DNA from: a phage
DNA: 64,000 bases
Sequence record: PZ347775.1
Strand: one strand, 5' to 3'
Both the position numbers and the translations under genes were made by a program. Under the pieces are notes generated by a model that was not told where the DNA came from, searched no databases, and saw only the letters and a list, made by a program, of their open reading frames with translations. Below are positions 21,103 through 30,298 of this stretch, one piece after another (within the stretch, counting starts at the first letter, position 1; every line of letters starts with the position of its first letter).

Positions 21103-22014
21103 TTAAGATTTAAGTAAATCGACAATTTTAATTAACTTTTCACGCTCAGATTTAGCTTTACTACTCAGTCCAGATAGTCTGAAAATTTCATCATCATATT
21201 GTTGAATAGAAATATTCAGCTCTTCAATCTGCTTATTAAAATAATCAATTTGTTCAGAATGTTTTTCGTTACTACGAACTGGTACAGGTTTTGTAGGCAA
21301 TGTAGTTGAACTGGATTCATCCGGGCGATAAATTAAAATACAACTTGAACCAATAGGGCATTTTGCACCAGATGAATATTCTAATGTTCCAGCTTCTTTT
21401 AAAACTTCAAAAGCTAAACAGAGATGATGTCCCATATTAACATAATCTGTAGAGTGAGCTCTGATGTAATAATCATCTCCACGAATACTAAATTTAAAGC
21501 ATTTAAGGTCTTCTGTATTATTGGTCTTAAAAATCATTTGTTTATCTAGACCTTTAGCTAATCGAGCGCCCAATGCTAATAATCGTCGTTGATTTTCCCA
21601 CAAATCCGCAATCATTTGATCGAATGATAATTTCGGCATTAGTCGACCATAAAGGTCATATCCTTTATTATAATTACGAAGAATTTCACTCGCATTAATA
21701 CGAGACAACGCTCCAATTTTATTAAGGGCTTTCATAATGCGATTAGATAAACTCATTCCAGACCCATTTGTTCGCTGTAAATGTTTTTCTAATCCAAAGC
21801 CAATATCAACTTTAAACTTATCTAAAATTTCGGCATGAACATCTCTGTCAATAACATTCAAATCCAAAGTTGGGTTAAATCTATGAAAAAATTTATCTGG
21901 CTCTCCACGACGAAATACAGTCCATTCATTCATCATTTTTTTATTAACTAAAGATTTAATTACTGCATTGACATTATTAATTGCTACTGACATATTTTCC
22001 TCACTCAATTTCAA
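21103..22014 (-). CDS. hypothetical protein, paralog family A member 4
   Basis: 303 aa; NQRRLLALGARLAKGL and C-terminal coiled coil. Confidence 0.6.
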   Translation of the reverse strand: MKLSEENMSVAINNVNAVIKSLVNKKMMNEWTVFRRGEPDKFFHRFNPTLDLNVIDRDVHAEILDKFKVDIGFGLEKHLQRTNGSGMSLSNRIMKALNKIGALSRINASEILRNYNKGYDLYGRLMPKLSFDQMIADLWENQRRLLALGARLAKGLDKQMIFKTNNTEDLKCFKFSIRGDDYYIRAHSTDYVNMGHHLCLAFEVLKEAGTLEYSSGAKCPIGSSCILIYRPDESSSTTLPTKPVPVRSNEKHSEQIDYFNKQIEELNISIQQYDDEIFRLSGLSSKAKSEREKLIKIVDLLKS

Positions 22015-22408
22015 TTTTACTAAATATACAGAATAAGATGGAACAGACTACATAAGCACCACACACAGATTGAACTAATACCATCCCAAAGAACCAAACA
22101 ATATTATCAAACAGTGTCTGTTTTACGTCGAAAGGACGTAAACTTACAGTAATATTATCACCTTTTTCTATTGAAGAATACATCTCTGGGGAAATATATT
22201 CACTAAATCTATAACCGTCTTTGAGTTCATATACGGCAATAAACGATAAACTAGACCCTTTTCCTTGTGTTCCTGTAATGGTATTAACTACAGTAACATC
22301 ATAATCTTTATAATGCATATAATCATTAATTGCGTAATAACCGTATGCAACTACTACACATAAACAGCATATCAATAAATTCAATCTTTTAATTATCAAC
22401 CGTTTCAT
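22001..22408 (-). CDS. membrane protein (two hydrophobic helices)
   Basis: 135 aa with N- and C-terminal hydrophobic segments. Confidence 0.5.
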   Translation of the reverse strand: MKRLIIKRLNLLICCLCVVVAYGYYAINDYMHYKDYDVTVVNTITGTQGKGSSLSFIAVYELKDGYRFSEYISPEMYSSIEKGDNITVSLRPFDVKQTLFDNIVWFFGMVLVQSVCGAYVVCSILFCIFSKIEIE

Positions 22409-22463
22409 AATAATCTCAATTAAAATGGCTTAGAACCATTATACCATCCTTGGTATAAAGCGG

Positions 22464-22991
22464 TTATGCGAGTACCGTCTTTAACCGTTCTTCAAACTTC
22501 CGAAGAGTATTTTGGCGTTCAGCTCTTTGCTTTTTGTAAGTTTCAATACGCTCTGAAATGAGAGTGTATCGTTCATTTACTGATTCTTTCATAAAATCAG
22601 GAATTTCACGAGAAGCTTTAATCTCGTCAAATTTATCAATAACAGCTTGCTCTTCAGCAATTAAGTTATCATACATTAAAATATCTTTCTTGATAAACTC
22701 AATATCTTCTTGAGTTACACGAGATAACTTAGATGCTTTATCCTTTTTGTACTGTTCATTAGTATCACGAGACCAATGTAATGTACGATTTTTATTCGTA
22801 TTTTTGTAAATTTCGACAATACCAATCTCATCAATAATAACGATCCAATTCCAACGGGATTTGTAAATTTGTCCTCCATCAACAGTGATTTCACCTCCGA
22901 TTGAGATGTCGTTAAAGAACTTGCTTTGTGCTTCAGATTTAAATTTACCATCATTGTAATTTACCAAGTTGAAAATATCTTTAGCGTTCAT
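22464..22991 (-). CDS. hypothetical protein
   Basis: 175 aa ORF. Confidence 0.5.
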   Translation of the reverse strand: MNAKDIFNLVNYNDGKFKSEAQSKFFNDISIGGEITVDGGQIYKSRWNWIVIIDEIGIVEIYKNTNKNRTLHWSRDTNEQYKKDKASKLSRVTQEDIEFIKKDILMYDNLIAEEQAVIDKFDEIKASREIPDFMKESVNERYTLISERIETYKKQRAERQNTLRKFEERLKTVLA

Positions 22992-23051
22992 TTTCTGTTC
23001 CTCCGTAGTTGATAGTTGTATAGTACCACAGAGGAACAGTCTTGTAAACCA

Positions 23052-23366
23052 CTAAAAGAAACTTCTTTCGCAATTTTTTCCACTGAACCATGCGCTCACT
23101 GCTTTCTTAGTCTCAGGAGCAGTGTTATCCATAAACCATTCAAAGGCAGCCTTTTTATGATTCTGGAGGGCTTCTCGGGCTTTAATCTGCTCACGGTCTA
23201 TTAACACTAACATATGAGCCTTTCTTGTCACCATGGGCTTCTTATGATTTTTTGAATACTCCCAGTCATTTGTCCATCGCATTGTCGTTGCGAACTGAAA
23301 TACAGCTTCTTTAATCTTAGTTTCGTAAATTTCACGAGCCTTTGAGTATAACATCACTACCTCCAT
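23052..23366 (-). CDS. hypothetical protein
   Basis: 104 aa ORF. Confidence 0.45.
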   Translation of the reverse strand: MEVVMLYSKAREIYETKIKEAVFQFATTMRWTNDWEYSKNHKKPMVTRKAHMLVLIDREQIKAREALQNHKKAAFEWFMDNTAPETKKAVSAWFSGKNCERSFF

Positions 23367-23436
23367 TCACCAGTTTAATTCTAGTCATCTTTTTGATGGC
23401 AGTCCATATAATCTATTTCTGAACTGTCTTTTTGTC

Positions 23437-24156
23437 TTAGGATTCTTCTAAATGTCTTTTCTGAAAAGTTGATACCATACTACGATACGGTTCATTTGGA
23501 TACCCGTGTTTTATAGCTTCCTTTGTAAATTTTCTCCATCCATATTTAGTTTCTTTCCAAAGCTCGAATAATTCATCTTCATATTGCCATATAGTTAAAT
23601 GAGAACGCTTTGCAGCTTTAATTCCATTAATATGCTTTTCTTTTACTACAGGATTACTTAGTTTCTTTTTAATAATATTACTAACTTTTCTAACAAAAAC
23701 TGGGTCCTTATATCGTTGCGAAGTTTTTATTGAAGTGTTTAATTTAGCTTCCGGTGTGGATGTGACCTCTTTCATCTTTTTCTTCATATGCTGTATATGA
23801 TTAGGATTTTTCCATAAATTTATAGAATGCTTTTTGCATTTTATCCTAGTTTCATCTGCAACCTTTCCTCCTTCACCTCCGTATGACAGGTTAACACAGT
23901 TTTTTCCATATTTCAATTTACCTGCCATGATATATAATATTTCAGCTTGTACCATTTTATCATAATTATCAAAAACTTCTAAAACCGTTTTTGTTAATAT
24001 GTGGTCATTTGACACTTTTACACGTTCTATATAATTTCCACTACCAACATACGAATCATTGATGTTATTAGTTATATGTCGACCATAATAGTATTTCTTA
24101 ATACCTGTCTTTAAATTTAATATTTCAGTTTTATAGATAGTAAAATATTTTTTCAT
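23437..24156 (-). CDS. putative free-standing homing endonuclease, GIY-YIG/Seg-like (occupies the T4 mobD position)
   Basis: N-terminal TIYKTEILNLKTGIKKYYYGRH...SYVGSG resembles a divergent GIY-x10-YIG module; Lys-rich C-terminal half resembles the DNA-binding repeats of Seg/I-TevI-type enzymes. Confidence 0.45.
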   Translation of the reverse strand: MKKYFTIYKTEILNLKTGIKKYYYGRHITNNINDSYVGSGNYIERVKVSNDHILTKTVLEVFDNYDKMVQAEILYIMAGKLKYGKNCVNLSYGGEGGKVADETRIKCKKHSINLWKNPNHIQHMKKKMKEVTSTPEAKLNTSIKTSQRYKDPVFVRKVSNIIKKKLSNPVVKEKHINGIKAAKRSHLTIWQYEDELFELWKETKYGWRKFTKEAIKHGYPNEPYRSMVSTFQKRHLEES

Positions 24157-25133
24157 TTTAATAATACCGTTTCAGCAATTTCTTCCCAACCGTTTTTGTC
24201 GGTCATAATAAAGTCAGCAAGATAAAGAGCAGTACGCAGTGAAACATTGCGTAAACGATTAACATTAACTTTCATCCATGATAATGCTTTATAAGTTTCT
24301 TCATCAGAAAGACCGCGCTTTTGCATCATGTCAGTTGAAAGAATAACATCTTCAACCCTGACCATAATTTCTTCATTAGTGTGAACACCCAAATCCAAAT
24401 AAACTGAGCGGGACACCAATGCTTGTAAGTGTGGAGCAAGTTTAGTACCACGGTCTAATTCGCGGTCAATGTCAACGTTTGTGATAAAAACAATCGTTCC
24501 TTTAAATTCAAACTCACGGTCAATGCCTTTTTCTTCTAAGTAAGAAGATGCAGTGCTCCAGCAGACTTTACGGGTCTCTCCAGTGTCCAGAGCAGCTTTT
24601 AGAAGATTAAGAATGTCCATATCAGAGAAAACATCCACATCATCAATCAAAAGGACAGAATTCTCTTCACGATTATTCCAAAGCTGTTCATAAAGACCAA
24701 TACCAGAGATTTTACCATTAATGCTTTTATATTCAATGTATCCATTATCATTTGCTTTATTTAAAGCTTTATCTAAAGAATACGTTTTACCAATACCTGC
24801 TGCGCCAGAGATAATTAATGAACGAATATTTCCATTAATAATACCATTCGTCATCATTCCCATAACATTAAATCTTTTATTAATGCGGGTTTTCATATCT
24901 TCATATGATTCTTTAACTTCTTCAACTTTTACACCATCATATGAAATATCTGATTTGTAAACCCAAACACCGCGACGTTTACCGTCAATTTCAACAAAAA
25001 CTTTACCATCTCCTTGTGCATCTACCGGAGCATTATCTGGGAACCATTCGCCTAAGAGCTCAAAAGTTCCAGAGATTTCTTTACCGAAGTAGATACCCTT
25101 ATTGATAGTTACAGTTTTCATTTTATTCTCCAA
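24153..25133 (-). CDS. P-loop ATPase, AAA+-like
   Basis: Walker A ISGAAGIGKT, Walker B VLLIDDVD, candidate sensor-1 IVFITNVD. Confidence 0.6.
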   Translation of the reverse strand: MENKMKTVTINKGIYFGKEISGTFELLGEWFPDNAPVDAQGDGKVFVEIDGKRRGVWVYKSDISYDGVKVEEVKESYEDMKTRINKRFNVMGMMTNGIINGNIRSLIISGAAGIGKTYSLDKALNKANDNGYIEYKSINGKISGIGLYEQLWNNREENSVLLIDDVDVFSDMDILNLLKAALDTGETRKVCWSTASSYLEEKGIDREFEFKGTIVFITNVDIDRELDRGTKLAPHLQALVSRSVYLDLGVHTNEEIMVRVEDVILSTDMMQKRGLSDEETYKALSWMKVNVNRLRNVSLRTALYLADFIMTDKNGWEEIAETVLLK

Positions 25134-25182
25134 ATCCGTATCAGTTGATAGTTGTATAGTACCATACCCCCTTTGTGTTGAT

Positions 25183-25668
25183 TTATTCCATTTCTACTAT
25201 ATGCATGTTCTTTTTGCTATCAAAATATATGTTTTTAACTATTAACTCAGAATTAATTGGCAGTAAAAACTCTCTTTCATAATCTACCATACAAAGATTA
25301 TCATAAAGCTTGTTAAGCTTATCATCGTCAGTTTGGCCAGATTCTTCAATTGCGATTAAATTTTCTAAAATGTCAATCATAGCAGTCGAATAGTCAAAAA
25401 CGTTTGCATTTTTTAACACTACTAAAACATTAGTCATATAGCGTTCTGCCGCAAACGTTTCAGCTATATGAGACTCACTGCTAAAGGAAGTTATTCTTTT
25501 AAATTTGATTCTCCTATTAACTTCAAACTTATAAGATAACACTTCCTCTATTGTAAGTCCTCTAAAAAGTGTGTCTTTAATCTCAAGTTTGTCTTTAATG
25601 TAATCATTAACACGCTTATGATTAAAATCATTAATTTTGTTGCCAAGGCATTGCATTAAAATATGCAT
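25183..25668 (-). CDS. hypothetical protein
   Basis: 161 aa ORF. Confidence 0.45.
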   Translation of the reverse strand: MHILMQCLGNKINDFNHKRVNDYIKDKLEIKDTLFRGLTIEEVLSYKFEVNRRIKFKRITSFSSESHIAETFAAERYMTNVLVVLKNANVFDYSTAMIDILENLIAIEESGQTDDDKLNKLYDNLCMVDYEREFLLPINSELIVKNIYFDSKKNMHIVEME

Positions 25669-25773
25669 TGTATTCTCCTCAATTTTTAAAGAGCAATTAA
25701 TTAACTACACATATATTATAATATGCTTTGCGATAGAAGTAAACAACTTTGTGACGTCATTTTAAACAAAAAA

Positions 25774-25791
25774 GGGAGCCCGAAGGCTCCC
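25774..25791 (-). terminator. intrinsic terminator after nucleotidyltransferase gene
   Basis: GGGAGCC-UUCG-GGCUCCC followed by UUUUUUG on minus-strand RNA. Confidence 0.6.
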
Positions 25792-25793
25792 TA

Positions 25794-26807
25794 TCATTTA
25801 TAATAACTTCGGTGGTTTTCAAGATAAACCCTCTCAAGGAAGTCATCCCAGAAACCCATGTCTACTTTTTGCTGCATACCGTTCTTAGAAGCTTCAATGG
25901 ATGCTGCTTCTACTTGATCGACCACATCTTCCAAAAACTCTTGAACAGTTTTAAATGGATGCTTACCCAACTTCACGTCGAGAATAAACGGAGCATCTTG
26001 GAGTGGATAAACCAAGTCACCAGTTTTGTAAATTTCCAATAGTTGGAGTCCACCACGACAAGCATGGCTCAAAGCTTTCCAGTCAATGCCCTCATTCGCT
26101 TCAGCTTTACGAGCGCGTTCACCGTATTCGGCATCAAGTTTATTCAAAGACTGCTTAAGCTCAATAAGAGAAAGTGTTGTCTGATATTTACGACCCAACA
26201 CGGTATAGAACGTTTGAGGGCCTGTTTTCTCATGATTATGGAATACCCATTCGCAGAATTCGTTCTCTGGAAGACGATGCTTAATATCTTCAACTTTAGT
26301 GCGACGTTGCTTAATAGAACCATCTTCTTGGTAATCAACCCACTGGTCAGGGATTTGATTAACTACTTTCAATACATCACGTAATGCGGCCAAACGAGAA
26401 CCCTTAACACCATATTTAGAAGCTTGCTTGCGAACATATCCTAAATAGGATTTCATGTTAGTTGTATAAAACCGTGAACGATTGTCTTGAATAAACTTCC
26501 ATACATCAGGCAAATCAGATTTAACTACCAGTTCAGGTGGAGTGTGGAGCATATCCAATGCTACGGTTTCACCATCTGCTGCTAATTTAAAGAAATACTT
26601 AAGACTGTATAGTTCATGGTCAATATCATTTTTAGTGTTTTTAGATGATGTGTTGTTAGTGTTTTTACTCATATGCTCTTTAACATTTCCGATAAGAATA
26701 TCGCGAGCAGGAGGAACAAAGATTTCTTTAAAATCTACATCAGATTCTGGTGTAGAAGTTCCATAAAGATGACTACCAAAATAGCTTTTCATTACTGTTT
26801 TCATCAT
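25794..26807 (-). CDS. putative nucleotidyltransferase (Pol-beta superfamily fold)
   Basis: N-terminal YFGSHLYGTSTPESDVDF (GS-x9-DxD) plus downstream TVALDML third acidic residue; ~200 aa helical C-terminal region. Confidence 0.55.
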   Translation of the reverse strand: MMKTVMKSYFGSHLYGTSTPESDVDFKEIFVPPARDILIGNVKEHMSKNTNNTSSKNTKNDIDHELYSLKYFFKLAADGETVALDMLHTPPELVVKSDLPDVWKFIQDNRSRFYTTNMKSYLGYVRKQASKYGVKGSRLAALRDVLKVVNQIPDQWVDYQEDGSIKQRRTKVEDIKHRLPENEFCEWVFHNHEKTGPQTFYTVLGRKYQTTLSLIELKQSLNKLDAEYGERARKAEANEGIDWKALSHACRGGLQLLEIYKTGDLVYPLQDAPFILDVKLGKHPFKTVQEFLEDVVDQVEAASIEASKNGMQQKVDMGFWDDFLERVYLENHRSYYK

Positions 26808-27265
26808 TCAGCCTTATATTCAATAACAGGACATACTTTAGCTTTACGCGCTTTTAAAAATTCGACGATAATAGATTTCTTTGGTTGAATAGGAGGTAAA
26901 CCTTTATACGCCCTATCAATATTTTCTACATGTAAAGCATAATCCTTTTTCCATTTATAATCTTTATATTTTTCATGCAGTTGTGCAGGAATAACAAATG
27001 AACCGATAATAAGTAAAACAAGCAAAATGGCAAGTATAAATGCCGATGGAATAAGAGTCCATAAACTACCAAAAATAAGCCATTTCTGCATGATTTCTGC
27101 GCAGATGATAGTTAGACCTGCGAGTATAGTACATCCGAAAAAAGAAACAAAAAATGTAGGAATAACAATAGACCAAAAGTATGCACACAGTGTCTTAGGT
27201 CGTTTCCATTCATCATTAAACATTTTGAATAATTTATAGTGCCAAGAGCTTTCATTAATAATCAT
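26804..27265 (-). CDS. membrane protein
   Basis: 153 aa with three or more hydrophobic helices. Confidence 0.5.
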   Translation of the reverse strand: MIINESSWHYKLFKMFNDEWKRPKTLCAYFWSIVIPTFFVSFFGCTILAGLTIICAEIMQKWLIFGSLWTLIPSAFILAILLVLLIIGSFVIPAQLHEKYKDYKWKKDYALHVENIDRAYKGLPPIQPKKSIIVEFLKARKAKVCPVIEYKAE

Positions 27266-27267
27266 AA

Positions 27268-27789
27268 TTATCCTTTCATTGAAGGTGTAACGGTTGTTAA
27301 ATACTTAATCATGGCTTCAGCTTCTGATTTTGATAATGAAATTTCTCCATTGTTTTGACGAATAGAAATAAAATCCGGATGACGGTCACCACCAGCTTTT
27401 AAAACACACATATAAGTATCAGTTTCATCTTCAATATTTGAAATGATTGAAGCAGTTCCGCATGAATGTGGTTTTTGATAAATCAATACAGCTTTTCTTC
27501 CACCGTTTGACTGTTCATAAACTTTTAACACATCAAACAAATCGCTTCTTTTATCAATAGCTAAGATGTTGTTTTCATCTTCAATGTTAAATCCTTCGGA
27601 TACTTCATAAAGTGTCACCCATAAATCGCCAATATCGATAGTAGTATTTTCCTTTCCATGACTTTCAAGAGCGTGACAAATTTTCTTAATTTCGTCATAA
27701 CTCATTTTAACAATATCATCTCCTTGAATAAGGAAGATGTCATTTTTAAATTCAACACGAATTAAACCGCTTTCACTTGAAATAAACAT
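27268..27789 (-). CDS. hypothetical protein, paralog family B member 1
   Basis: 173 aa; GFNIEDE motif and C-terminal SLSKSEAEAMIKYLTTVTPSM shared with next gene. Confidence 0.55.
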   Translation of the reverse strand: MFISSESGLIRVEFKNDIFLIQGDDIVKMSYDEIKKICHALESHGKENTTIDIGDLWVTLYEVSEGFNIEDENNILAIDKRSDLFDVLKVYEQSNGGRKAVLIYQKPHSCGTASIISNIEDETDTYMCVLKAGGDRHPDFISIRQNNGEISLSKSEAEAMIKYLTTVTPSMKG

Positions 27790-27795
27790 ATTTCC

Positions 27796-28362
27796 TCACT
27801 TTGAAATCATAGTTGGAATGACAGAATCAAGATAAGTCTTTAGCGCAATAGCTTCATCTTTGGTAAATGTGACAATATGCGCTCGAAAATCATCAATTTG
27901 ACGAATAGTTAAGACATCTCCTTCTTCATAACATTTTGATACATTTAAAACAGTTTCATCATTCTGATCGCACTGATCGCAAGCGTTAGTAATAATAGCA
28001 TTGCAATTTTTAAGCCATTTTAAACTATGTTTTCTTTCATTAGAATAATAAAAATATTTAATGTAAGTTATAAAATTATCCCAATTATTAATTGATAAGC
28101 ATATTGACTCGCTTTCAATATTAAATCCTGGGCATAAAGAATAAAAATGAATTTTATGCTCATCATTAATGCTTACAATTTTATCGGTGTAAGGTTTTTC
28201 AATTTGGGTTAAATGAATAATTTCGCTAGGCGTAAAATATAGCATATCGTCTTCTTGCGTCAAACGATACATATTATTTACTTTTTCTATAGCCAATTCA
28301 CCAAAAAGTGAACTAACTTCTAGTACTAATCGTTTCATATTGATTCTCTTCGACTCACTCAC
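27796..28362 (-). CDS. hypothetical protein, paralog family B member 2
   Basis: 188 aa; GFNIESE and C-terminal TFTKDEAIALKTYLDSVIPTM. Confidence 0.55.
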   Translation of the reverse strand: MSESKRINMKRLVLEVSSLFGELAIEKVNNMYRLTQEDDMLYFTPSEIIHLTQIEKPYTDKIVSINDEHKIHFYSLCPGFNIESESICLSINNWDNFITYIKYFYYSNERKHSLKWLKNCNAIITNACDQCDQNDETVLNVSKCYEEGDVLTIRQIDDFRAHIVTFTKDEAIALKTYLDSVIPTMISK

Positions 28363-28692
28363 AATTACATACTCCTTTGAATAATATCAATAATATTGTT
28401 CACCAGATTATAAGTAAACATCGGGTGATTATATTGAATCATCACATACACAACAAACAAAACTTTCATTCTCTTCTCCTTGGCAGTTGACAAGATTACT
28501 ATACCATAACCTTGCCAACTTGTAAACTGTTAAATGACGTTTTCAATAAAATTCTGGAGTTTTGTGTGAGCATCAACCATGATTTTCATTTCTTCCTTTG
28601 CGAAAGCTATACCTCTTTCCCGAGAAGAACACTCATAGTCAGAAACTGCATTAGCATATTCTTCAATTAGCTTCATTAAAAACATCTGCTTT

Positions 28693-28923
28693 TCAGTTTT
28701 CATTATTCCACCTAATCATTTCAAGATATTGAACTAACTTAGCTTTGGATTTATCTAAATCCTTTTTAGCTGCTTCTATACCGTCGTATGAATATCCTTC
28801 ACAATGCTCAACTGCTAATTGATATGAATCTATTTCAATATCACGTGCTAATTTAATGATTTTTTCAAACTGTTCGCCTGTCAGCATACTAAACTCTCGT
28901 ATTGTGATCGATAATTTCATCAA
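28693..28923 (-). CDS. hypothetical small protein
   Basis: 76 aa ORF. Confidence 0.4.
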   Translation of the reverse strand: MMKLSITIREFSMLTGEQFEKIIKLARDIEIDSYQLAVEHCEGYSYDGIEAAKKDLDKSKAKLVQYLEMIRWNNEN

Positions 28924-29107
28924 GAAACATATCTAAAGCTTCTAAAGCATTATCAACTTTAGCTTCAAATTCTTCAATACCTGATAAGGCAAAGTTAATG
29001 CGTTCCTCATCTGCTTTGCGAATTAAAGCTACCAATTCTTTAATTTTATCTGCTTGTTCGATACTAATCATTATTCCACCACATATGAAAGAGAGAATAT
29101 TGCACAC
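28889..29107 (-). CDS. hypothetical small acidic protein
   Basis: 72 aa ORF. Confidence 0.4.
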   Translation of the reverse strand: MCNILSFICGGIMISIEQADKIKELVALIRKADEERINFALSGIEEFEAKVDNALEALDMFLDEIIDHNTRV

Positions 29108-29304
29108 GCCATATGAGTTGCAGCTTCATCACACATACTATAGCGTTTCTTAAGAAGTTCTACAAGTTCTTCACTAGTAACTTCATCCATGTCGACGAAA
29201 AAATCACCATTAATGATGACGTAGATATTTCCTTCTTGATTAAGTGCTTCAATTTTCATGATGTTCTCCTCTTTATCCGATGGTTGTATAGTATCACAGC
29301 TCAA
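29071..29304 (-). CDS. hypothetical small acidic protein
   Basis: 77 aa ORF. Confidence 0.4.
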   Translation of the reverse strand: MSCDTIQPSDKEENIMKIEALNQEGNIYVIINGDFFVDMDEVTSEELVELLKKRYSMCDEAATHMACAIFSLSYVVE

Positions 29305-29332
29305 ATGGAAAGTAAACCGGTAAAATGAAAAA

Positions 29333-29350
29333 AGTCTCCCGAAGGAGACT
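29333..29350 (-). terminator. intrinsic terminator after rI operon
   Basis: AGUCUCC-UUCG-GGAGACU followed by U-run. Confidence 0.6.
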
Positions 29351-29354
29351 AATG

Positions 29355-29741
29355 TTATTCGAGGGAAAGAAGATACTTACTCTGGTAAAACATTCCAGTA
29401 ATATCATCTATCGTGCTTTGAATGGCTGGAGGCATTTCTTTATAAATGCTGTTAGATTGGTCTAGTATACGATCAATCATTTTAATTGTGTCGGTAGGAA
29501 GTTTACTAGCATCTGGAATTGAAGGCGTGTATTTTCTACCAGAATACCCCAAATACTGCTCACCAAATTTGTCAATCAAATCTGGCAACTCAGAGAAAAT
29601 AAAATCGTATGCTTTGTGTCTAGCATAACTTTTAGTTTCAAAATGCGCAGAATGAAAATAAGCTTGTGCAGCCATTAATAAACCTAAGTATTCATCTGCC
29701 TTTGAAGGTTTTCCACTTTGTGAAAAGTCGCTGAATTTCAT
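29355..29741 (-). CDS. hypothetical protein (rI.-1 position)
   Basis: 128 aa ORF immediately upstream of rI, followed by hairpin terminator. Confidence 0.5.
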   Translation of the reverse strand: MKFSDFSQSGKPSKADEYLGLLMAAQAYFHSAHFETKSYARHKAYDFIFSELPDLIDKFGEQYLGYSGRKYTPSIPDASKLPTDTIKMIDRILDQSNSIYKEMPPAIQSTIDDITGMFYQSKYLLSLE

Positions 29742-30031
29742 TCAGTCTCCAATTTAATGTTCATAATTCTAGCGTATGATTGTGCCATCTCCGCGCCTCG
29801 CTCTATACATTCAAAATCAGAAGAGCACGGGTCATTTTTATAGGTCGTTCTCATAAAACTATAAAATCGTTCAGACGATTCTACGCTTTTATTTTCAAAA
29901 AGTGTATAAACGTGCCTAATACCAGATTCCATAAATTTATCAAAATGAGGATCGACGTTCGCTTCAATCGGCGGAGATAAAACAAACGCTAATCCTAGCA
30001 TGGCGAATAATGCCGCTGCTTTTAAGGCCAT
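29738..30031 (-). CDS. rI: lysis-inhibition regulator RI
   Basis: 97 aa with N-terminal signal-anchor MALKAAALFAMLGLAFVLSPPIEA and periplasmic domain; matches T4 RI in length and position. Confidence 0.8.
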   Translation of the reverse strand: MALKAAALFAMLGLAFVLSPPIEANVDPHFDKFMESGIRHVYTLFENKSVESSERFYSFMRTTYKNDPCSSDFECIERGAEMAQSYARIMNIKLETE

Positions 30032-30043
30032 AAAGGCCTCCTA

Positions 30044-30256
30044 TCATTTTTGTCCTGTATTTACTTTATGCCGATGCACGGCCTTAACTTTATCAAGGTA
30101 TTTTTCAAAATTTCGCAATCTAGTATAGTCTGCCGGAGATTGGTTGAGTGATACTTCTCGACGCAAAGCTGAAATGATATTTCCAACTTCCCTACGAATT
30201 TCATCTAATTGAAGAACAGTAAGATTGCGAAGTTGCTTTTCAGTTAATTGTAGCAT
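30044..30256 (-). CDS. hypothetical small protein (rI.1 position)
   Basis: 70 aa ORF. Confidence 0.45.
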
Positions 30257-30298
30257 ATATACCCCTTTAGTTAGATAAACCTATTTATAACTTTTGTA

